This document shows, piece by piece, positions 26,949 through 36,704 of a stretch of DNA of 64,000 nt. This stretch comes from a virus. Under the pieces are notes generated by a model, which worked only from the letters and a program-made list of their open reading frames with translations, made no database searches and was not told the origin of the DNA. Location: IMG/VR virus record IMGVR_UViG_3300021440_000018, positions 1 to 64,000 of that record. One strand, 5' to 3'. The first letter of the stretch is position 1, and each line of letters starts with the position of its first letter. Made by a program: the position numbers and the translations under genes.

Positions 26949-27185
26949 ATGCACATCGAAATCATCGGCAACCCCGACGGGGAGCGCGAGGCATTCATGC
27001 AGGCGATGGCGCGGCTGCTGCGCTGGGGCGACCCCAACCTGAGGGCTCGCGTCATGTGCTCCGAGCGCAACGAGAGCGGGTGGCTGGAGTGGCTCATCTG
27101 GATCGGCAACGCCGAGGGCCAGCACCGCATCACCATCGGCATGATCCAGCGCTCGCCGGATGCCGAGTTCGAGTTCCATTCGTAG
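26949..27185 (+). CDS. Hypothetical protein
   Basis: Conserved leader motif. Confidence 0.6.
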   Translation: MHIEIIGNPDGEREAFMQAMARLLRWGDPNLRARVMCSERNESGWLEWLIWIGNAEGQHRITIGMIQRSPDAEFEFHS

Positions 27186-27194
27186 GAGGTCACC

Positions 27195-27455
27195 ATGCAC
27201 GCGGTGAAACCAGGCTTTGTGTACGCCATCGTCACTCTGACCGTGGCCATCCCCTTAAGTAAGGCCGAACCCGGGGAGGTCCCGACCTATTCCAGCTACG
27301 ACGATGCCCGAGCCTGCGACGGCATCAACGACTTCCTCAACGGCCAGATCATGGAGCATGGGTCCGAAGCCCTGATCCATGACTGGGCCATCGAGAACAT
27401 TGACTTCAGGGTCTCACGTCAAGACCCCCAAGAAGGGGAACTGGTCAGAACTTGA
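27195..27455 (+). CDS. Hypothetical protein
   Basis: AGGAGG RBS. Confidence 0.6.
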   Translation: MHAVKPGFVYAIVTLTVAIPLSKAEPGEVPTYSSYDDARACDGINDFLNGQIMEHGSEALIHDWAIENIDFRVSRQDPQEGELVRT

Positions 27456-27479
27456 ACCCCAACTGAAAGGAGAACTGAG

Positions 27480-27794
27480 ATGGCAAAGCTGGCACTGTGC
27501 CCGCGCTGCTGCGGGATACCGGACTTCGACGAGGACGGCCGAGCATTCACCTGCTACTTCTGTTGCGACACCGGGACGGTCGACAAGTGGGTGGCGGATA
27601 GTCATGCACGGGATGCGGCCTGGCATTACTACGTGGAGTGTGAGCGTCGAATCGCGGAACGCGCCGCACTTGGAGTGCCGGCCGGCTACGGCTACTACTT
27701 CGACGACTACGACGGCACGCTGGTGCTGGTGCCGCCGCAGGGTCGGAACGTAGCCCTACCTCTGCACTGCATCGACAACGACATCCCCTTCTAA
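27480..27794 (+). CDS. Zn-finger protein with C-terminal DNDIPF tail
   Basis: CPRC…CYFCCDTG; SSB-like acidic IPF C-terminus. Confidence 0.6.
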   Translation: MAKLALCPRCCGIPDFDEDGRAFTCYFCCDTGTVDKWVADSHARDAAWHYYVECERRIAERAALGVPAGYGYYFDDYDGTLVLVPPQGRNVALPLHCIDNDIPF

Positions 27795-27809
27795 ACAAGG
27801 AGAACTGAA

Positions 27810-28160
27810 ATGAACAACACCAGCACGGCCGACAGGCTACGCGCTTTCCTCGCGGATGAAGCGAACGTGACCATGCGCGGCCCTTCTGTGTTTGACATGG
27901 GAAACGGGTTCCGAGACACGGTAATGCGCCGCCACTTCCAGTGCTCCAACGGGATCACCGTGAGCATTCAGCAGGGTGCTACGCACTACTGCAACAAGAT
28001 CGAGAACACATTCGAGATGTGGAACTGCCCGCACCTCCCGATGCTGCAGCCCTACGGGAGCGGGGAGGACGGCCCGTACGCCCACGTCCCCTTCGACGTG
28101 GTGGTGCAGTACATCGACGCGATCGAGTCCGATCCGAACTTCAACCGGAAGGAGAACTGA
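27810..28160 (+). CDS. Hypothetical protein
   Basis: ISIQ..THYC and PYAHVP motifs; conserved leader. Confidence 0.6.
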   Translation: MNNTSTADRLRAFLADEANVTMRGPSVFDMGNGFRDTVMRRHFQCSNGITVSIQQGATHYCNKIENTFEMWNCPHLPMLQPYGSGEDGPYAHVPFDVVVQYIDAIESDPNFNRKEN

Positions 28161-28161
28161 G

Positions 28162-28401
28162 ATGAAAGACACCGGAGGCTTGATCTTCCCCTGGCAGATG
28201 CAGCAGGGCTACTTCCTCGACCCGAGGACGAATCAGAACGAGCCGTACTACGTGCCGGTCCCCGGGTCCCTGACCCTGCGCGGGTACTTCGCGGGACTTG
28301 TGATGCCGTATCTCGTGCCCGTGCACAACGCGGACGGCGCTGCGCGTCACGCCGTTGCCTACGCCGACGCCCTCATCGAAGAACTGAAGAAGGGGGGCTA
28401 A
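28162..28401 (+). CDS. Hypothetical phage protein (TLRxYFA…ADALI family)
   Basis: Motif common in small phage proteins. Confidence 0.6.
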   Translation: MKDTGGLIFPWQMQQGYFLDPRTNQNEPYYVPVPGSLTLRGYFAGLVMPYLVPVHNADGAARHAVAYADALIEELKKGG

Positions 28402-28456
28402 CCCCTATTCAATTCCGAATCACTCACATTGACACTTTCACACAAGGAGAACCGAC

Positions 28457-29029
28457 ATGGCTAACACCAACCCCACCACGGGCATCCGCTACGGCGTGAT
28501 CGCCATGAACTCCATCGACCCCGACGTGGCCAACGAACTCTGGTATGGGCCGGGCGCGGTCGACATGAGCTACGAAAACGCCTGTGCCGAGGCGCGCAAG
28601 GAGGCGGCGCGGGAGTTCGACAACCTGCTTGAATCGGCCGAGGTCGCGGCATACGAGATCGACCCCGGCATGAGCGACAGCGAGCGCGAAGCCTTCATCG
28701 AGCGCTGGTTCGAGGAGGCCGGCGAATTCCACGACCAGGAGGCATTCGTCGATGCGCGCGTCGACTACTTCGGGGATCAATGCCAGATCGACGAGCCCGT
28801 GATCGAGGGCAAGTACGAGGGCATCGACTACATGATCGACTGGCTCGGAGGTGCGCCCCTGCTGTGGGTGTTCGAGGGTCCGATCGGGTGGGCGAACGAA
28901 CTGTGTTCGCCCTGCGTGCCCAACGCCGCGAACCTGGACGGAGGGTTCGGCACGGGTGAAGTTGCGGATGACTGCCGGGTGTACCCCTGCTACGTCATCC
29001 CGCGTGACTGGCTTGCGAAGGAGGTGTGA
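28457..29029 (+). CDS. Hypothetical acidic protein
   Basis: TGIRYGVI, CSPCVPNA motifs; conserved leader. Confidence 0.65.
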   Translation: MANTNPTTGIRYGVIAMNSIDPDVANELWYGPGAVDMSYENACAEARKEAAREFDNLLESAEVAAYEIDPGMSDSEREAFIERWFEEAGEFHDQEAFVDARVDYFGDQCQIDEPVIEGKYEGIDYMIDWLGGAPLLWVFEGPIGWANELCSPCVPNAANLDGGFGTGEVADDCRVYPCYVIPRDWLAKEV

Positions 29030-29030
29030 G

Positions 29031-29582
29031 ATGGACGCGCTGACCCCCTGGCAGCACCCAAGCCACTACGCCGGCTTCAGCCCCGACGGGGACTACCTCA
29101 TGCTCGCCCAGCACCGCGAATCCGACGCCCTGGACCGCAGCAACTACACCTGCGCGTTCAAGGCCCTGCGCAAGGCATGTGAGGGCTTGGCCGATGCACC
29201 GGAGGAGCCGCTGTACGACGCGTTCCCCGGCCGAGATGGATGCCTGAGTCCGAGGTCGAGCGGATGGGTCTACGACTTCCGTGCGAGTCACCCTCTCGTG
29301 GGCTGGATCGAGTACCTGCTGGTGCGCAAGGACGCACCCGAGAAGGTCCTCGCCCTCGCCCAGGCCCTCGCCGATCGCATCGAGGACTACCCCATCCTCG
29401 ACGAGGACCACTACAGCGAACTCGAATGGGGCGAGGTCGCGCAATTCTGGTCTGACTCCAGCGTCAGGGATCGACTGGAATTCATACGCTCATCGGGATC
29501 CACAGTCTCGATGTTCGCCGCCCGTCGCGCGGACTTCCCGCAGGACGACGACGGGAGACTCTTCGACTACCTGCGGGATTGA
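29031..29582 (+). CDS. Hypothetical protein
   Basis: SDALDRSNY, HPLVGWIE, DYPILDEDHYS; AGGAGG RBS. Confidence 0.65.
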   Translation: MDALTPWQHPSHYAGFSPDGDYLMLAQHRESDALDRSNYTCAFKALRKACEGLADAPEEPLYDAFPGRDGCLSPRSSGWVYDFRASHPLVGWIEYLLVRKDAPEKVLALAQALADRIEDYPILDEDHYSELEWGEVAQFWSDSSVRDRLEFIRSSGSTVSMFAARRADFPQDDDGRLFDYLRD

Positions 29583-29594
29583 CACTTTGAAAGG

Positions 29595-29825
29595 ATGAGC
29601 ATGTACAACGGGCACAAGGACTGGAACCACTGGAACGTGAGCCTGTGGATCAACAACGACGAGGGCTTGTACCTCACGGCCCGCGACTTCGTTCGCACTT
29701 CCAAGAACAAGACTGAAGCCGCGGTTCGCATGGTCGACTTCATGGCCTCCTTCAATGGAGGGAAGACACCGGACGGCGCTCTCTACAACGTGCCGTCTGT
29801 CCGGGCTGCGATGGTCGATATGTAG
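29595..29825 (+). CDS. Hypothetical phage protein (YNG.KxWxxWNVSLWINNDEGLY family)
   Basis: Recognisable small phage protein motif. Confidence 0.65.
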   Translation: MSMYNGHKDWNHWNVSLWINNDEGLYLTARDFVRTSKNKTEAAVRMVDFMASFNGGKTPDGALYNVPSVRAAMVDM

Positions 29826-29855
29826 GTCTGACACTTTCACACAAGGAGTATTCAC

Positions 29856-31256
29856 ATGGAAGGCGCACAAGAGTTGTTCAACAAGGTTGCCGAGGAACTC
29901 GGCAAGGAACTCGACTGGCATCTGGATCTGCAGGAGCGGTTCGAGCCGCACCCGGCTGTCCTGCTTGCCGTCGAGAAGTTCACGTGCAGTTGCATCAACA
30001 GGTTGGTCCGCGAGTGGCCGCACCAGGCCGAGATGGATCGCGCTCGCCTGGCCTACACCCAGGGCGACGAGAAGGGTCGGCGCAACCTGCAGACCGTCAC
30101 GACCCTGGGCCGCTACCTGACCCGCCACTTCCCCGAGATGCCTCAGACCGAGATCACGGGCGCAGTGCAGCGATACACCGCCACGGGTTGCCGCATCGTC
30201 AGGACCATCGAGGAGATCGTGGGTGCGGTTCAGAACGGGCCAGGTTCGTGCATGCAGTTCGACGACGACGACGAACTGATTAGAACCGGGGGGCACCACC
30301 CCTACGAGTGCTACGACCCGGACCTGGGCTGGGCTTGCGCCATCCGGGTCGACGAAGGTGGGCAGATCAACGCACGAGCCCTCGTCTACGAACAGGACGG
30401 GCACAAGTGCTTCGTCCGCAGCTACCAGCGCTGCTCGGGCTATTCCGGGCCCGATCCTGAATTGGTGGCGTGGTTGGAGGGGCAGGGCTACACGCACGAG
30501 AGCGCATGGCCGGATGGAACGAAGCTGGCCCGCATTGAAGTCGACCGGGGTCTCGTCGCACCATACATCGACGGCGGGAGACAGTGCCTGGACGACGACG
30601 GGGATAGCCTCGTGATTCGTCTACGCGGCAGGTACCACGCGACGAATACGAGCGGCCTCCTTGAGAACTGCAACTACGAGGAGTGCGAGTGCTGCGGTCA
30701 AGGATTCTACGAAGACGACATGACCTGGGTGGGTAGACACGAGGACACCCGTGTCTGTCAAGGGTGCCTGGATGGGTGCTACATCTATGTCGAGGCATCA
30801 AGAGGCGCCGAATACTACGTGCTTAGCGACGATGCGATCGAGATCAGCGGGACCTACTACGACAGGGACAACCTGCCCAGTTGCATCGTCGAGTTGCACG
30901 ACGGCGACTATGCCCACGAGGACGACGTGGTGCGCTGTGAGACCGACGACGAGTATTACCTGAGCAACGACGACGACCTGGTCTGGGTCTATGGTGATGC
31001 CTACCTGTACGGCGACGACACCATCGTCGAGTTGAAGTCGGGGGAGTACGTGCTGAGAGAGGACGCGTGGCAGTGCTACGAGACGGAGGATTGGTACTCC
31101 TACTCCGATGTCAGTCCGGTCGAGGTCGACGGTCACGAGTACCACCCCGACCACGCCCCGGAAACCGAAGAGGACTACGACAAGCCCGAGGGCTCGATCC
31201 CCAACGAGCTTCAGCAGCCCCTGCCCTTGACAGTATCGGAGGCTGAGACGGTATGA
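29856..31256 (+). CDS. Hypothetical protein with GSCM core and acidic Tyr/Cys-rich repeat tail
   Basis: GPGSCM, ARALVY, APYID; C-terminal CxxC and D/E/Y-rich repeats. Confidence 0.7.
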   Translation: MEGAQELFNKVAEELGKELDWHLDLQERFEPHPAVLLAVEKFTCSCINRLVREWPHQAEMDRARLAYTQGDEKGRRNLQTVTTLGRYLTRHFPEMPQTEITGAVQRYTATGCRIVRTIEEIVGAVQNGPGSCMQFDDDDELIRTGGHHPYECYDPDLGWACAIRVDEGGQINARALVYEQDGHKCFVRSYQRCSGYSGPDPELVAWLEGQGYTHESAWPDGTKLARIEVDRGLVAPYIDGGRQCLDDDGDSLVIRLRGRYHATNTSGLLENCNYEECECCGQGFYEDDMTWVGRHEDTRVCQGCLDGCYIYVEASRGAEYYVLSDDAIEISGTYYDRDNLPSCIVELHDGDYAHEDDVVRCETDDEYYLSNDDDLVWVYGDAYLYGDDTIVELKSGEYVLREDAWQCYETEDWYSYSDVSPVEVDGHEYHPDHAPETEEDYDKPEGSIPNELQQPLPLTVSEAETV

Positions 31257-31486
31257 ACTTCGACATCAACACCCCGGAAGGCATGGCCTACGCCAAGCGT
31301 TGGACTCTGGGCATGTTGTCCATGATCCGCGACGGCGGCGCATGGGCGGTCCCCCGCAACGCATCGGTCTACATCGTGGACCACAAGGCCAAGACGCTGA
31401 CCCGATCGGGGATGAAACCCGACCCGTCCATCAACAAGGTTGCCGCTGCCATTGGATGGCGCGTCATCGAGCGCAACTCGCAATGA
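31253..31486 (+). CDS. Hypothetical protein
   Basis: GGAGG RBS, ATGA coupling. Confidence 0.55.
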   Translation: MNFDINTPEGMAYAKRWTLGMLSMIRDGGAWAVPRNASVYIVDHKAKTLTRSGMKPDPSINKVAAAIGWRVIERNSQ

Positions 31487-31542
31487 CGTTTATTCACGTT
31501 AGGGCTACACTGTATACCCACACGTGTATAAAGTGAGGCAGC

Positions 31543-32187
31543 ATGGCTAGGATTAAGGATGAGACGGGGAAGCGATTCGGGTCCCTCGTAGTGGTTGGTG
31601 CCGGCCCGATGGCCCGTAATCTTAGGCATTGGGTGTGTCTGTGTGACTGCGGATGGACCACTGCACCAATTTCAGGGGCGGCTTTACGCTCCGGGAATAC
31701 TAGGTCCTGCGGGTGTCTGAAGAGGACGAATAACGCGGCTAGGACCCACGGGATGACAGGGCATCCCGCTCTGGAGTCCTATAAAGGGGCTAAACGCAGA
31801 TGTCTAAGCCCGAGGTGCCACTCGTACCCCTTTTACGGCGGGCGTGGTATTAAGTTTCTGCTGCCCGCGTTCAGCGAATTTTGGTTTGTGCTGGGCTCTG
31901 CGTGGTTTCCGGGGGCTACCCTGGAGAGAGTAAACAACGAGGGGCATTACGAGATCGGCAATATCCGATGGGCCACACGCGCGGAGCAGTGCTTGAACAC
32001 CAGAAACAGCGTGCTGTTAACCCACGGCGGAAAAACACAAAACCTATCCACCTGGGCCGCTGAACTCGGGATCAACCCCGGGAGTCTGAGTGAGAGGGTT
32101 AAGAAGTGGGGGGTGGACCGGGCGCTATCCACGCCCAAGAAAGTACGTTTGTTTGACTTATCTACACACAAGGAACCTTCAACATGA
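31543..32187 (+). CDS. HNH-type free-standing homing endonuclease
   Basis: GKRFGSLVV, CLCDCG, TRSCGC, YGGRGI, LERVNNEGHYEIGNIRWAT; lower GC. Confidence 0.8.
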   Translation: MARIKDETGKRFGSLVVVGAGPMARNLRHWVCLCDCGWTTAPISGAALRSGNTRSCGCLKRTNNAARTHGMTGHPALESYKGAKRRCLSPRCHSYPFYGGRGIKFLLPAFSEFWFVLGSAWFPGATLERVNNEGHYEIGNIRWATRAEQCLNTRNSVLLTHGGKTQNLSTWAAELGINPGSLSERVKKWGVDRALSTPKKVRLFDLSTHKEPST

Positions 32188-33314
32188 ACATGGATACTTT
32201 TCATAAGGCAATTTCGATGAAGCGCAGGTCCGGTAGCGACGGGGAGACACAGTTTGTGGCTTACCTGGCTGGGTTGCTGTCCCCCACGCTAATTGATGAG
32301 GCTGGGAACCTTCACTTTGACCTAAGGGTAGACCAAGGAAACCGGACACTGTTCGTAGCCCACACGGACACAGTTAGCCGCGGTTCTTGCGTGAATAACG
32401 AGTTCACCGTGGATGAAAAGGGCTTCTACCAGGCTAGCGGGGATACCCTTGGGGCGGATGACGGTGCCGGGGTCTCTATCCTCACTGAGCTAATCCAGCA
32501 ACAAGTCCCGGCGTACTACATCTTCCTGCGCTCGGAGGAGCGTGGCGGCATCGGGTCCAAGTTCGTAGCCAAGACCTATCCGAAACTCCTGGCCGAGTTC
32601 GATCGTGCCATCGCCTTCGATCGGCGCGGCTACTCCGATGTGATCACGCACCAGGCCGGAGGTCGCTGTGCCTCGAACGAGTTCGCCGAGGCCCTGAGCG
32701 ACAGGCTCAACGACCTGGGCCTGCTGTACATGCCGTGTGACGGTGGCATCTACACCGACACGGCCGAGTTCGTCGACTTCATTCCCGAGTGCACGAACAT
32801 CTCCGTGGGCTACGACAACGAGCACGGCAACCGAGAGTCCCAGGATGGCCCGTACTTGCAGCAACTGTGCGAGGCGGCGCTCGACCTGGACTGGGACAGC
32901 CTGCCCGTCAAGCGAGAGCCGGGCGACGACGGGTACGACGAGCAACCGCGCGTCGGGGGCTGGATGTTCGGGGGCCGTACCGGCTACGAGGAGGTCATCG
33001 ACACCAAGACCTCGTTCAAATCTTCGAGCCGGGCCTTCGTTGACGACGACTACGACGACCGTGAGCAAGAGGCCTGGTTCCCGACGATCGACTCGCCCCA
33101 GGACCAGGACATCGCCGACGCCGTGTACAGCGCCCTCGGCGGAGACCCCGAGCACTTGATCCGCATGGTGGCGCGACGCCTGGGGCGCAGCGAATCCCGG
33201 ATCGACCCCGCGATGTTCGAGCCCCAGGAAGTCGAGGCCATCGCCTCGTACGCAACCATGTGGGACGACGTGGTGGAAACGCTGGTCGACGAGGCCGGCT
33301 TGTTTATCAACTGA
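32184..33314 (+). CDS. Zn-dependent peptidase (M28/M20-like)
   Basis: AHTDTV, LGADDGAG, EERGGIGS, FDRRG, NISVGYDNEH. Confidence 0.85.
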   Translation: MNMDTFHKAISMKRRSGSDGETQFVAYLAGLLSPTLIDEAGNLHFDLRVDQGNRTLFVAHTDTVSRGSCVNNEFTVDEKGFYQASGDTLGADDGAGVSILTELIQQQVPAYYIFLRSEERGGIGSKFVAKTYPKLLAEFDRAIAFDRRGYSDVITHQAGGRCASNEFAEALSDRLNDLGLLYMPCDGGIYTDTAEFVDFIPECTNISVGYDNEHGNRESQDGPYLQQLCEAALDLDWDSLPVKREPGDDGYDEQPRVGGWMFGGRTGYEEVIDTKTSFKSSSRAFVDDDYDDREQEAWFPTIDSPQDQDIADAVYSALGGDPEHLIRMVARRLGRSESRIDPAMFEPQEVEAIASYATMWDDVVETLVDEAGLFIN

Positions 33315-33325
33315 AGGAGAGTGCT

Positions 33326-33592
33326 ATGGAGCAGACACGAGTCTCGATCCGAATCAGCAAGACCATCGCCAACGACCTGGAGGTTCGCAGCCCGGATGAA
33401 GACGGGTGCTGGCGGGGCATCGATACCCCTGGGGTGTACTGGCTCACCCGCCAAGAGGCCCTGCAGATCCGGGCCGACTGCGAGTACCAGGGCAACGTCG
33501 GCGGGAACTACATCGACCCCGTGAGTTCCGGCCTGACCCGAGCGTACAGGGCTTTGTACAAGCAGATCGGCGAAGCCCTGCTCCTCATCTGA
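33326..33592 (+). CDS. Hypothetical protein
   Basis: AAGGAG RBS. Confidence 0.55.
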   Translation: MEQTRVSIRISKTIANDLEVRSPDEDGCWRGIDTPGVYWLTRQEALQIRADCEYQGNVGGNYIDPVSSGLTRAYRALYKQIGEALLLI

Positions 33593-33616
33593 CACTTTCA
33601 CACAAGGAGAACTGAC

Positions 33617-34012
33617 ATGACGTGCAAAGACAGAATCAGGGACCAGTGGGCGGGCCGTAAGGCCGACCTCCGGGTGTTCATGGGCGACCCTGATGGCAAC
33701 GAAGACATCGGGTCGTTCTACGACTACGGCCTGGCTTTCGACTACGTGACGCCGGGCACGTTCAAGGACCAGACCCGCGGCTACTGGCGCTACCAGTTGA
33801 GCTGGGGCGGGCCCAGCGACGAGATCCGTTTCTACGGCGAGGTCCAAGGGTTCAGGGCGGCGCTCGACCGCGCCGACTACCACTTCATGGACTGGTTCGA
33901 CGGAGCCAAGATCAACGTCACCGACGAGCCCGTGGTTCAGTGGCTGTGGCAACACTTCGCGGACTGCGAGAGCTTGCAGTGCGCCCGCGAGCAAGCACTC
34001 AAGGAGGAGTGA
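33617..34012 (+). CDS. Hypothetical protein
   Basis: YQLSWGGPSDE motif; conserved leader. Confidence 0.65.
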   Translation: MTCKDRIRDQWAGRKADLRVFMGDPDGNEDIGSFYDYGLAFDYVTPGTFKDQTRGYWRYQLSWGGPSDEIRFYGEVQGFRAALDRADYHFMDWFDGAKINVTDEPVVQWLWQHFADCESLQCAREQALKEE

Positions 34013-34013
34013 A

Positions 34014-34268
34014 ATGACTCACGATTCAGACCGTATCGAAGCGTGCCTCGCCTTCTGTGAAGGCATTCTCACCGAGGAACTGGTGCAGGGGTTGGGCCTC
34101 AACCCCCCACTGACTGCGCTCAAGGCCATGCACATGATGGCTGTGACGATCCAGGACCTCGTGCAGCAACAGTCCAGGTTTATCGCCCTGGCCAACGAAC
34201 TGGCCACCGTCCAGGCCCAGGCCGAGAGACGGCTGTCCGAGGAACTGGGCATCAACGTCCTGAATTGA
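34014..34268 (+). CDS. Hypothetical protein
   Basis: AGGAGG RBS. Confidence 0.55.
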   Translation: MTHDSDRIEACLAFCEGILTEELVQGLGLNPPLTALKAMHMMAVTIQDLVQQQSRFIALANELATVQAQAERRLSEELGINVLN

Positions 34269-34293
34269 CGCTTCACTACGAAAGGAATTCGCA

Positions 34294-34536
34294 ATGAATC
34301 GGAGACTGAAAACCAATGAGGACCTGGTCCTCGATCTCATGAACTACTCGCCCTACGGTGCGCTCGGCGAGGTGTTCATCGTCGAGGCTATCCGCAAGTA
34401 CGCCGACGCCCTCGTGGCCACGCCGCTGGGCCCGAGTTCGCCCGACTCGTTCATCAACAACGAACCCTGGAACTCCATCGCTGCGGATGTGAAGAAGCGC
34501 TGCGACGAGTTCTATGGCTGGGAGAAGACGCAATGA
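34294..34536 (+). CDS. Hypothetical protein
   Basis: RBS and codon bias. Confidence 0.55.
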   Translation: MNRRLKTNEDLVLDLMNYSPYGALGEVFIVEAIRKYADALVATPLGPSSPDSFINNEPWNSIAADVKKRCDEFYGWEKTQ

Positions 34537-34742
34537 AGATCCCCGTCTATCGTGACCAGGCCGTGTGGGAGCGCGAGTATCTCGAAGTCGAGATCCCCGA
34601 CGACACCGCACCCAACGAGGTCGATGACGCTGTGTCCGAGGCACTCGACGCCGGCAACTACATCAGCGTGTCCGACCCCGAGATCCAGGATGCTGTCGAA
34701 GGGATCGACACCCAGACCGAGATCGTGGACCAGCATGGCTGA
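34533..34742 (+). CDS. Small acidic hypothetical protein
   Basis: ATGA coupling; rich in D/E. Confidence 0.55.
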   Translation: MKIPVYRDQAVWEREYLEVEIPDDTAPNEVDDAVSEALDAGNYISVSDPEIQDAVEGIDTQTEIVDQHG

Positions 34743-34892
34743 CGACCTCGAATCCAAGGCCCGCGCCCTATACGAGGCCGGGCATAGCGTCCGACCGAAG
34801 TGGGAGCAACTCGGGGAGACAACCAAGGGAGTCTGGAAGGGCTACGTGCTCTCAGGCTCGTTCTACATCGACGATCAACAAGGAGATCAGCA

Positions 34893-35147
34893 ATGCAGTT
34901 CTACCGAATCACGCGATACGTTGGAGAGACCGACCCAGGCTGGGCAGCAACCCTGAGTGCGGCCCACGACATGCTCCGCAAGCACCCCACCTTCCAGGAT
35001 GCTCGCATCGAACTGTTCGACATCCCCACGGACAAGGAGGGGGTGCTTGCGCTGTTGAGCCGTGCCGAGGGCCTGACGGCTACGGTGCTGCGCACCTGGG
35101 CGCTGACGCCGCGGGGTGGGCTCAAAGAAGTTGAGAACGGGGAGTGA
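34893..35147 (+). CDS. Hypothetical protein
   Basis: AAGGAG RBS (MQFYRIT…). Confidence 0.55.
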   Translation: MQFYRITRYVGETDPGWAATLSAAHDMLRKHPTFQDARIELFDIPTDKEGVLALLSRAEGLTATVLRTWALTPRGGLKEVENGE

Positions 35148-35263
35148 TGCCATGCCCTGGGACCGTGAATCCGACGACGAGTACGACGACGGCTACACCC
35201 GAGAGAGCTTCGAGCGGGCCGACGAAGATCAACCTGAAGACCTGGACGACGAGGAGAACTGAA

Positions 35264-35674
35264 ATGACAACACCGAAGGAACTGAAGGGAGTCATGGACC
35301 AGTACATCGGCGGCAGTGACGGCCGCACCCGGCACCCGTTCAACCGGCGCTTCATCTTCACCGACGGGGTGAAGGCGGTTGCCGACCAGGCCGGCGCCTA
35401 CTGGCTGCTCGACATCGTCGCCACCGAGGTGGCACCGATCTGCCTCCATCTGTGGGAGGGGGAGCAGGAGCACATGACCTTCTTGCACGTGCATGTTGCA
35501 CACGACGGAGCGGTTTTGTGGCTCGACCAGGATACCGGAGGACCCCGGCTTTGGGAGCGTCGGATAGAGTACACGGATTTTCCTGAGGGTAACTGGGTCT
35601 TCTACCTGTGCATGGATGGGCTCATCGACCCCACCCAGGACGTACTCGTGGCCCTGCTTCCCCAGGAGTATTGA
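35264..35674 (+). CDS. Hypothetical protein (TDGVK.VAD.AGAYWLLD…IEYTDFP…LLPQEY family)
   Basis: Widespread phage/plasmid DUF motif. Confidence 0.7.
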   Translation: MTTPKELKGVMDQYIGGSDGRTRHPFNRRFIFTDGVKAVADQAGAYWLLDIVATEVAPICLHLWEGEQEHMTFLHVHVAHDGAVLWLDQDTGGPRLWERRIEYTDFPEGNWVFYLCMDGLIDPTQDVLVALLPQEY

Positions 35675-35675
35675 C

Positions 35676-36083
35676 ATGAAGGAAGAGCAACGCAACCACT
35701 TGGTTCGGGTGCTGAACACCCTGGTGCGGATCGAGGAGACCCCGGAGAGCGAGGCCGTGGACAAGGCCCATGCTGTCCTGGATTCGGCCATCGACAACTT
35801 CCGCGTCGCCCTGCTGACTCTGGCGGCGAAGCTTAGGCAGAGCACGCTGGAACCCCTGCGGGCCCAGATCCATGCGCTGCAGGGCCAAGTCGACGCCATC
35901 CCGGTCCACGAGAATGACGGCGGCCTGACACTCAAGATCATGCACCTGGAGGAGGCAGCGGCGTGCCTGGACGCGGCGATCTCCACGCTGACCACGCCAG
36001 AGCACGATCCCTACGACGACACCGAGCACGCCTTTCACCTGCTCGACGAGGCGAAGGATCTGATCATTCGTGCCATGGGCTGA
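35676..36083 (+). CDS. Hypothetical helical protein
   Basis: AGGAG RBS. Confidence 0.55.
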   Translation: MKEEQRNHLVRVLNTLVRIEETPESEAVDKAHAVLDSAIDNFRVALLTLAAKLRQSTLEPLRAQIHALQGQVDAIPVHENDGGLTLKIMHLEEAAACLDAAISTLTTPEHDPYDDTEHAFHLLDEAKDLIIRAMG

Positions 36084-36118
36084 GCCCGGAATGTGACACA
36101 ACCATAAGGAAAGACAGC

Positions 36119-36421
36119 ATGAGCAACTTGAAGATGCAAGTCAGCGCCGAGGACTCGGTCCTCATCGACCGCATCGTCAGCTACGCGAAGGACATGGCCA
36201 AAGACTACGGTCTGAACTTCAAACCCCTGGACTGCATGATGGACCTGACCATCTGCCACGCCAACGGCTGCCCTCTCGATCTCGAACGCATGGCCAAGGC
36301 CAGCGACCCCGACCTGGTCCATGACGTGTGGGGGATTGCGAAGTGGTTGGACCGCAAGACCGGCCGGTTGACCGGCGTCTTCTGGCCTCGTTTCGCCAGG
36401 AGCCAGCATGCACTTCAGTGA
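36119..36421 (+). CDS. Hypothetical protein (HANGCPLDL…HDV.GI…R.TG.L…F.PRF family)
   Basis: Conserved phage DUF motif. Confidence 0.7.
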   Translation: MSNLKMQVSAEDSVLIDRIVSYAKDMAKDYGLNFKPLDCMMDLTICHANGCPLDLERMAKASDPDLVHDVWGIAKWLDRKTGRLTGVFWPRFARSQHALQ

Positions 36422-36641
36422 GTACGCGATCGCCCTGACCATCGCCATTGCCAGCACCTCTTGTGTGCTGGGCTACTGGTTGGGCTACAGGTCAGCACGC
36501 AGGGTTCCTGACCCGGACCCGATTGCCGAGGACTTCAAGGCCAACATTCAGCGCCTGCGTGTCGACGCCATGGCCCTGGGGATGCTTCTCGTCGAGTGGG
36601 AGCACCGCTTCGGCTCGAAGGATCAACCTCTCACCAAGTAA
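36408..36641 (+). CDS. Membrane-anchored hypothetical protein
   Basis: N-terminal TM segment. Confidence 0.5.
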   Translation: MHFSEYAIALTIAIASTSCVLGYWLGYRSARRVPDPDPIAEDFKANIQRLRVDAMALGMLLVEWEHRFGSKDQPLTK

Positions 36642-36643
36642 CT

Positions 36644-36684
36644 TTGACACTTCCACAATCCGGGGCGTATTATCCGCGCCCCGG
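36644..36684 (+). promoter_or_regulatory. sigma70-like promoter with an inverted repeat around the -10
   Basis: TTGACA-18-TATTAT; CCGGGGCG/CGCCCCGG flank the -10. Confidence 0.55.
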
Positions 36685-36704
36685 GCCCAGGACAAGGAGC
36701 TTAT

